From: Alphaproteobacteria bacterium
Lineage (GTDB): Bacteria; Pseudomonadota; Alphaproteobacteria; MPNO01
Direction of reading: 5' to 3'
Assembly (NCBI GenBank): GCA_965248835.1
Contig: CBDFLJ010000002.1
Coordinates: forward strand, 2,048,001 to 2,112,000
Length of the DNA stretch: 64,000 nucleotides
Every line of letters begins with the position of its first letter. Position 1 is the stretch's first letter. Below, one piece after another: positions 57,728-64,000 of this stretch. The translations under genes and the position numbers were made by a program. Below the pieces are notes generated by a model. It had not been told where the DNA came from. It saw only the letters and a list, made by a program, of their open reading frames with translations, and made no database searches.

Positions 57728-58825
57728 TCAAGCCAGCGCGTCGATGCCGAGTTCGGCGCGGATTTCCGCGGTGTTGGCCTCCTTGACCGCCTCCAGCGGG
57801 ATGCCGGTCGCATCGGCCACCCGGTCGAGTGCGCTGTAGTTGGCGATGACGGCTGCCGCATCGACCAGCCCGGCATCGCCCACCGCATCGCGGAGCCGCC
57901 GACGGGCCGCACCCAGCCGGGGCTGGTCATCGCCGAGCACCGCCTCGACGAAGTCGATCAACTGCGCGCCGTACCGCACCCCGCCGCCGCCGGCACCGCC
58001 CATGACCGCCTTGAAATCGATGTCCTCGCCGGTGGCATTTGCGCTCGCACGGAGCATCTCAACATGGGTGGTGGTTCAGTAGAAGCACCCGTTGATCGCC
58101 GAGACCCGTCCGGCGATCAACTCCATCTGGGCGCGCGTGATGGCACGGTGGCGGGACGCGGGATCGGCCATGAACGCGGGCGGGAGGTATTGCGCATCGA
58201 CCATGTCGAACAGGCCGCAGGCCTCGGCCGGCACCAGGCTCAGGGCGCACCGAATATAGGTCGGATCGGGCGAGGGATAGACCTTCTCCAGACACGCCTC
58301 GTCCGCGGTCATGTCTGCGGGCGCCAGCATCGCGACCCACGCCGGCCCGGGTTTCGCGCCGACGGGGCGCACGCGCGACGGCGCGCCGGCCGTGGGCTGC
58401 GGCAGCGGATGGAGCGGCACGCCGAGAGCCCGGGCGAAGATGTCCACGGCGATCGTGGTCACCACCACGCCGATGGTCTCGACGAACGCTTCTTCGCTGA
58501 GGCCGCCGGCGATCGCGCGCTCGTACCAGGCGCGGGTGAGCCTGCCGGGGTCGGTAGCGGTCCGGTGGACGACCTCCACCACGATTTCAGGCAGATCGCC
58601 CAGGCCCCTGTGTCCGCCGGCAACCGCATAAGGTGTCAGCGCCGCCTTGGCCTCGCGGCAGTAACCGCAGCGCGCGGCGTTCCGCGTCTCCGCGGCGATT
58701 GCGATCCGCCGCTCGGCGTCCCACCACGTCCCCGGCTCGGCAAGACGCTGCCAGGCCCGTCGGTGCGCCGCCGTCAGGTCCTGCCGCACCGGCGTCGCCG
58801 CTGCATCGTAGCTCAGCACAGCCAC
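57728..58825 (-). CDS. Alkylhydroperoxidase (AhpD)-related putative selenoprotein (CxxUxxxH, about 365 aa)
   Basis: Track ORFs 58076..58882 and 57728..58057 are in frame across one TGA: RVSAINGCFY-U-TTTHVEMLRAS; hairpin downstream; start uncertain (58825-58882). Confidence 0.85.
58036..58078 (-). promoter_or_regulatory. Candidate bacterial SECIS element
   Basis: After UGA: CAT(G)TTG(AGA)TGCTC-CGTGC-GAGCG CAA ATG; GU in the apical loop at +26/+27. Confidence 0.55.
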
Positions 58826-58908
58826 CGCCGGTCCCCGGTCATGACGATACCGATAATGTGCATACGGCGTTCGGTCCATCAAGGCGGCCGGACGCGGCGC
58901 GGGCCGGT

Positions 58909-60282
58909 TCAGCGCCTGGGCCAGTCCAGGTGATGCAGGTCGATCACGTAAGGATGGCTGTGTCTCATTGGGCCGTGCCGGTGTGGATGACGGTGCGGCT
59001 CGGGTCCCTCCCAGCCCTCGTGCTCGTGCCGGTGGTGTTCGTCATGGACGTGCAGGTGCTCGTGGTCCATGGCCTCGTGCCGGTGATCCAACGTACTCGG
59101 CTCGCCGGCGGGCCAAAACGAAACGGCCGCCGCCGTCGCCGCCAGGGCCAGGGCCGCGAGAACCGCGAAGGCAACCGTCAACCCGAAAGCGGATCCGAGC
59201 CAGCCGGCGAGCGGGTAGGCGATCAACCAGCAGGCGTGCGACAGCGCGAACTGCGCGGCGTAGAGCGCCGGTCGGTCGGGTTCTCGAGCCGACCGCCGGA
59301 GAAGACGGCCGGCCGGGGTCTGGACCATCGAGGATCCGGCGCCGAGCACGAGCCAGACCGCCATTAGCCCGCCGAATCCGGGATCGGCCAGGCCGAAGAG
59401 AAGACCGCCGGCGAGGATCGCGCCGCCGGCAAGCATGAAAGTGCGATCGGAATGGCGATCCAGCAGGCGGGGCAGCAGGAGCGCAACGACCATCGAGCCC
59501 GCTCCCGAAGCCGCGAGAGTCAGCGCGGTTTCGCTTTCGCTGCCGCCGAGCCGGTCGCGTACATAGACGACGGTATTGACGATCACCATGGCGCCGGCGC
59601 TGGCGACGGCGAGCGAAAGAGCGAGCAAGCCGCGCAGTCGCGGTGTCTTGAGATAGGCCCTGAGGCCGAAGGTCAGGTCATCCCTCAAGCCCTGTTCGCG
59701 TTCGCGCGGTTTGGGCGGGGGCAACCGCACCGACAGGACCAGAAGCGCGGAAGCGACGAAGGCCACGGCGTTGACGCCGAACAGCGCATCGTAGCTCAGC
59801 ACGACCAGCGCCGCCGCGGCCAGTGCCGGGCTCAGCAGATTCTCGAGGTCGTAGGCCAGGCGCGACAAGGAAAGGGCGCGGGTGTAGCGGGCCTCATCGG
59901 GCAGGACATCGGGGATCGTCGCCTGGAAGGTCGGCGTGAAGCCCGCCGAGCAGGCATTCAGCAGGAATATCAGCAGATAGACCTGCCAGATCTCCGTGAC
60001 CAACGGCAGGCACGCCACCAGGCAAGCGCGCGCGACATCGAGCGCAACGAGCAGTCGCCGGCGCGGCAGGAGATGGGTCAGCCCGCCGATGACCGGGGCG
60101 AGGCAGACATAGGCCACCATCTTGAGGGCCAGCGCGGTGCCCAGGACGGCGCCGGCCTCCGCACCCGCCAGCTCGTAGGCAAGCAGCGCAAGCGCGACCG
60201 TCGACAGCCCGGTGCCCGCCAGCGCGACGACCTGCGCGGCAAACAGGCGGCGGTAGGTCGGTTCCCGCAGCGGCGATAGCAT
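58909..60282 (-). CDS. MFS transporter with His-rich C-terminus (NreB-like nickel efflux)
   Basis: YRRLFAAQVVALAGTGL, FTPTFQATIP, RLAYDLE, AAQFALSHACWL, tail HEHLHVHDEHHRHEH...HSHPYVIDLHH. Confidence 0.88.
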   Translation of the reverse strand: MLSPLREPTYRRLFAAQVVALAGTGLSTVALALLAYELAGAEAGAVLGTALALKMVAYVCLAPVIGGLTHLLPRRRLLVALDVARACLVACLPLVTEIWQVYLLIFLLNACSAGFTPTFQATIPDVLPDEARYTRALSLSRLAYDLENLLSPALAAAALVVLSYDALFGVNAVAFVASALLVLSVRLPPPKPREREQGLRDDLTFGLRAYLKTPRLRGLLALSLAVASAGAMVIVNTVVYVRDRLGGSESETALTLAASGAGSMVVALLLPRLLDRHSDRTFMLAGGAILAGGLLFGLADPGFGGLMAVWLVLGAGSSMVQTPAGRLLRRSAREPDRPALYAAQFALSHACWLIAYPLAGWLGSAFGLTVAFAVLAALALAATAAAVSFWPAGEPSTLDHRHEAMDHEHLHVHDEHHRHEHEGWEGPEPHRHPHRHGPMRHSHPYVIDLHHLDWPRR

Positions 60283-60322
60283 GACGGCCGGCGCCCGGCG
60301 TGCGTCCCCCGGACCGTTTCCG

Positions 60323-61267
60323 CTAGGCCGGCAGCGCCCGCATGATCCCCATCCCGGTGAGCCATTCGGGAATTGCGTGGTAGCACTCGATCGTGCCCCG
60401 GTAGGGGCCGTAGGCGCGCAGCGCCGCGAACGCGGCCGTCCAGGCGCGGACCTCGTGGACACCGACGCCGCCCACCGCCGACAGCGCCGCGTCATCCGTC
60501 TCGTCGAACGCTTCCAGCTCGTCCTCCAGCATCGAGCGCATGAAAGCCCGATCCCAGCGTTCGTCGGGCGGCAGGCAGGGCCGCCCGCCCGCCGCAAGCT
60601 CCCGGGCCGCCTGGACGATCCGGGCCTGGCGCGCATCGTAGTCAGCCTTGGTCTGCTCGCCCCCGTCGATCAGGCGGTCGGGCAGGCCGTCCTTGAACAT
60701 CGCCGGCCCGGCGTTGGGCGGGTCGTGCGACAGCCCGCCGGAGCCGACGATCAGGACCCGCTTGTCCAGGCCCGCGAGATAGCGGCCGACGGCGTGTCCG
60801 AACAGGCGCACCCGCTTGAAGCTCGGGTAGGGCGGCGCGTTGCAGTTGATCATCACCGGCAGGCAAGGCCGGGCGTCGAGCCCGCCGCCGAAGAACTTTA
60901 GCGGCAAGGTCATCCCGTGATCGACGAGCATGCGATGCGATACCGCAACGTCTATCCCGGCTTCGCGGACCGCTTCGATGCATGCTTGCGCGATGTCGGC
61001 CGGCACGTCGAGCGGACCCGGTTCGAGGCCCCAGTCGATGCCGCCATGCGCCTGGGTCGCGATGCAGAAGGACGGCATCGCCCGGTAGAAAAACCCGTTG
61101 AAGTGATCGGGGTAGAAGACCGCGATCAGTTCCGGATCGTAGTCCCGCACCCAGATCTCGAGTTCGGCGAGCGTGTCGCGCCAATCCCGTTCCGCCGACC
61201 TGTCGGCGACCTCGAGCGGGACCAGCATCAACGGGCTGTGCGAGCAGCAGATCAGCGCCAAAGCCAT
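60323..61267 (-). CDS. LigB-type extradiol dioxygenase (MhpB-like)
   Basis: SHSPL, PDHFNGFF, VDHG, GSGGLSHDPP, HEVRAW, IPEW. Confidence 0.88.
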   Translation of the reverse strand: MALALICCSHSPLMLVPLEVADRSAERDWRDTLAELEIWVRDYDPELIAVFYPDHFNGFFYRAMPSFCIATQAHGGIDWGLEPGPLDVPADIAQACIEAVREAGIDVAVSHRMLVDHGMTLPLKFFGGGLDARPCLPVMINCNAPPYPSFKRVRLFGHAVGRYLAGLDKRVLIVGSGGLSHDPPNAGPAMFKDGLPDRLIDGGEQTKADYDARQARIVQAARELAAGGRPCLPPDERWDRAFMRSMLEDELEAFDETDDAALSAVGGVGVHEVRAWTAAFAALRAYGPYRGTIECYHAIPEWLTGMGIMRALPA

Positions 61268-61424
61268 GGTCAGGCCCTCCTCCGGCGGAGCGATCATCCG
61301 ACACGGGCGGATCCCGATCAAGCGGGGCGTCCGCGGCTGCGGCGCCGCCTCGCCCGTGTCGACAGGTCGGACGGCGGCATGTTAGCGTCCGGTCGAGCCG
61401 GATCTCGTGCAAGAGGACGCGGTC

Positions 61425-62634
61425 ATGTCGCGCACGGCAGAGGAATTCACCCGCCGTCCGAGCCTTCCAGACATGCACTTCGTGGACAACCGGATATACG
61501 CCGATCCGGAGATCTTCCGCGAGGAACAGGAAAAGATTCTGAGCAAGGTATGGAAGTTCGTCGCCCACGAGAGCGAGATCGCCGAGGCCAACGATTACCG
61601 CACCACCAGCCTCGCCGGCACGCCGCTTGTGATCGCGCGCGGCCAGGACGGCGTCATCCGGACGTTCGTCAACGCGTGCTCGCACCGCGGCGCCCAGATC
61701 CTCCAGCGGCCGCGCGGCAACGCCAAGGAATGGGAATGCCTGTTCCACCGCTGGATCTATGACGGCACCACCGGAGCGTGCACCGCCATCCCGCGCCGCA
61801 AGGGGTTCGAGGCGGGCGGGCTGAGGGCCGAGGACTGCGGGCTGAGGCAGGTCAAGACCGAGACCAGGCTGGGGCTCGTCTTCGTCAACCTCGACGACGA
61901 CAGCGGATCGCTCGACGATTTCCTGGGCAATGCGCTGGAGCTCCACAACGAGACCCTCGGCAGCGGGGAGCTCGAGGTGTTCGACTATTTCGAGCACATG
62001 CTGGAGGCCAATTGGAAGAATTGGCAAGAGACCAACATGGACCTCTATCACGAGTTCATGCACGTGGTTAACCGGCGCCAGAGCGTGACCGAGAAGAGCT
62101 ACTACCGGCGCAAATGGCGGATACCGGCGCAAATGGCGGATCTATCCCAACGGCCACGTCGCACCGGAAAAATACGTGGTGCGCTACGGGCGCCAGGACG
62201 GCTGGAGCGAGCGGCAGGAGGCGCTGAAATTGCCGGGCATCGCGCCCAACGAATTCCAGATCGTCAACATCTTCCCCGACCTGGCGATCAACGCGCGCGG
62301 CACCGTGATCCGCATCGATTGCCAGATCCCGCTGGCGCCGGGGCGGACGCTCATCCAGTACCGCGGGCTCGGGGTCAAGGGGGACAGTTCCGAGATGCGC
62401 CGGCAAAGGATGCAGGACTTCAACGCCTTCTGGGGTCCGTTCGGGCGCAACCTGCCGGAGGATCTGTGGGCGTCGGTGCTTCAGCACCGGGCCATGCAGG
62501 GCGGCCAGGTGCCCTATACCTATTGGGCGCGGGAAGAAGACAACCTCTCGCACGACGATGTCGCGCTGAGGTCCTATTACAGAGAATGGGGCCGCCTGAT
62601 GGGCCGCGACGCCAGCCGGCCGATGGCGGCCTGA
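61425..62634 (+). pseudogene. Rieske dioxygenase alpha subunit resembling 2-aminobenzenesulfonate 2,3-dioxygenase (AbsAa), frameshifted by a 19-bp tandem duplication
   Basis: CSHRG...CLFHRW, NWKNWQETNMDLYHEFMH; removing one repeat copy restores KWRIYPNGH...FPDLAINARGTVIRID...WGPFG. Confidence 0.85.
62103..62140 (+). repeat. Perfect 19-bp tandem duplication
   Basis: TACCGGCGCAAATGGCGGA x2. Confidence 0.97.
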
Positions 62635-62642
62635 CCGCCGGA

Positions 62643-63104
62643 ATGACCGCCGACCGCCAGGCGATAACCGATCTGATCGCGCACGCGTGCGCGCTGCTCG
62701 ACGATGAGCGGTTCGAGGATTGGATCGCGCTGTGCGCGCCCGACTTCCGGTATTCGATCACCGCGGTGAGCGAGGAGATCGGCCGCAAGATGGAGTGGAT
62801 GAACCGGGACCGGGAGAGCCTGCGGACCCTGCTCGCCAGCGTGCATGAGCACGAGCGCTCGGTCGGCCGGCTCAGCCGGCATGTCGGCCAGGTGCTGATC
62901 ACCGGCAAAGCGGACAACGGCATTGCCGATGTCGAGAGTCCGGTTGCGATCTACCATACCGACCTCGACGGCACGTCGAGCCTGTATGCCGTCGGGCGGT
63001 ATCTGGACCGCATCGTCCAAGACGGCGGCCGGCCGCTTCTGGCCGCGCGCGAAGTCGCCTTGCAGACGAGGCGCTTTCCCACCGGCTCGCACATTCCGCT
63101 ATGA
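62643..63104 (+). CDS. Dioxygenase beta subunit (AbsAb/MsmB-like)
   Basis: LLDDERFEDW...YSITAVSEEIGRKMEW...LYAVGRYLD...REVALQTR...GSHIPL. Confidence 0.85.
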   Translation: MTADRQAITDLIAHACALLDDERFEDWIALCAPDFRYSITAVSEEIGRKMEWMNRDRESLRTLLASVHEHERSVGRLSRHVGQVLITGKADNGIADVESPVAIYHTDLDGTSSLYAVGRYLDRIVQDGGRPLLAAREVALQTRRFPTGSHIPL

Positions 63105-63232
63105 CGTCCGAGGACGCCGCACCGATGCGCTTCACGGTGATCGGCTCGGGCCGGGGCGAATTCCCGTGCAGGTCCGGCCAAACCGTTGGCAAGCCGACGC
63201 GAATCAAGCAGGGAGCAAAGACATGGCGATGA
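63101..63232 (+). pseudogene. Truncated XylT-like ferredoxin remnant
   Basis: ATGA-coupled 43-codon ORF MTSEDAAPMRFTVIGSGRGEFPCRSGQTV|GKP... has the FxCxxGQTV start but no GCxxGGCGxC; sits in the xylT position. Confidence 0.5.
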
Positions 63233-64000
63233 CGGGGGTGCTGCGGCCGGGGTTCGTGCAGCTCCGGGTGCTCGATATGGACGAGGCGCTCAAGCACTAT
63301 GTCGGCATGATCGGTCTTTCCAAGGTCGATCGCGGCGATGACGGTCGGGTATATCTGCGCGCGTTCGACGAGTTCGACCGCCACTGCATTATCCTGCGCC
63401 GGAGCGACAGCGCCGGCATGGACGCGACCGGGTTCAAGGTCGCCGACGAGGGAACGCTGGACGAGCTCGCCGGCCGGGTCGAGGCCTTCGGCCTGAAGGT
63501 CGACGAGATCGCGGCAGGCGAGCAGCCCGGCGTCGGGCGCCGCATGGGCTTCACCGTCGCCTCCGGCCATCGGATCGAGCTCTACGCCCACATGGACCAG
63601 TCGCCGCACGCTCCTTCGACGACCAACCCGGACTTATGGCCGGAGGAGCCGCGCGGCATGAAGGCGGTCCGGTTTGACCACACCCTGCTCTACGGGCCGG
63701 ACATCGACAAGGTGACGGAGCTGTTCACCAAGGCGCTCGGGTTCAGCCTCGCCGAGCAGCTGGTGATGCCGGACGGGGTCCTGGGAGTGTGGCTGTCCTG
63801 TTCGACCAAGGCGCACGACATCGCGTTTGTGAAACACGCCGAGCCCGGCAGGTTCCACCACGCCTCGTTCTTCCTCGAATCCTGGCATGATGTCGGCCAC
63901 GCCGCAGACCTGATCGCGCGGCACAATGTCTCGCTCGACATCGGTCCGACGCGGCACGGGATCACGAGGGGCCAGACGATCTATTTCTTCGACCCGTCGG
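63223..64000 (+). CDS. xylE: Catechol 2,3-dioxygenase (XylE-type), 3' end outside window
   Basis: MAMTGVLRPGFVQLRVLD, RFDHTLLYG, AHDIAF, FHHASF, DIGPTRHGITRGQTIYFFDPS. Confidence 0.92.
   Translation, partial: MAMTGVLRPGFVQLRVLDMDEALKHYVGMIGLSKVDRGDDGRVYLRAFDEFDRHCIILRRSDSAGMDATGFKVADEGTLDELAGRVEAFGLKVDEIAAGEQPGVGRRMGFTVASGHRIELYAHMDQSPHAPSTTNPDLWPEEPRGMKAVRFDHTLLYGPDIDKVTELFTKALGFSLAEQLVMPDGVLGVWLSCSTKAHDIAFVKHAEPGRFHHASFFLESWHDVGHAADLIARHNVSLDIGPTRHGITRGQTIYFFDPS

Noticed and set aside
61407-63104. 565 aa natural alpha-beta dioxygenase fusion
   Set aside because: The middle is out-of-frame sequence caused by the 19-bp duplication; the true alpha C-terminus is in another frame (62176-62634).
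1-64000. Global TGA reassignment (genetic code 4 or 25) as the explanation for the in-frame TGAs
   Set aside because: TGA is the ordinary stop of many genes here (numerous ATGA/GTGA overlaps); read-through is indicated only at two CxxC positions.
1-64000. CRISPR arrays, rRNA, IS elements, and sel genes (selA/B/C/D)
   Set aside because: None seen by eye in this window; the Sec machinery would have to be encoded elsewhere, which remains unverified.

Overview
High-GC bacterial chromosome segment, most consistent with an alphaproteobacterium (maf-rng-yacG-tRNA-Phe core block). It is dominated by aromatic and N-heterocycle catabolism: a split 2-aminobenzoyl-CoA/salicylyl-CoA (abm-type) cluster with shared TTTA-N4-TAAA operators, three Rieske oxygenase alpha subunits, FAD monooxygenases, CoA ligases, extradiol dioxygenases, one ABC and two TRAP transporters. 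It also holds a 1.4 kb decayed islet integrated at tRNA-Phe. The most notable signal, missed by the ORF track, is two AhpD/carboxymuconolactone-decarboxylase-like genes. Each has an in-frame TGA at the second position of a CxxC motif (CNY-U at 43285-43287, CFY-U at 58076-58078) followed by a SECIS-like hairpin, so both are probable selenoproteins. The first heads an apparent operon with a redox-dead paralog (DPYF in place of CNYU), a stand-alone molybdenum hydroxylase large subunit, an XRE regulator and an MFS transporter. At the right end, a close homologue of 2-aminobenzenesulfonate dioxygenase carries a 19-bp tandem duplication frameshift, and a truncated xylT-like ferredoxin lies before a catechol 2,3-dioxygenase. 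Family assignments come from motif recognition and recall only; no database searches were run.
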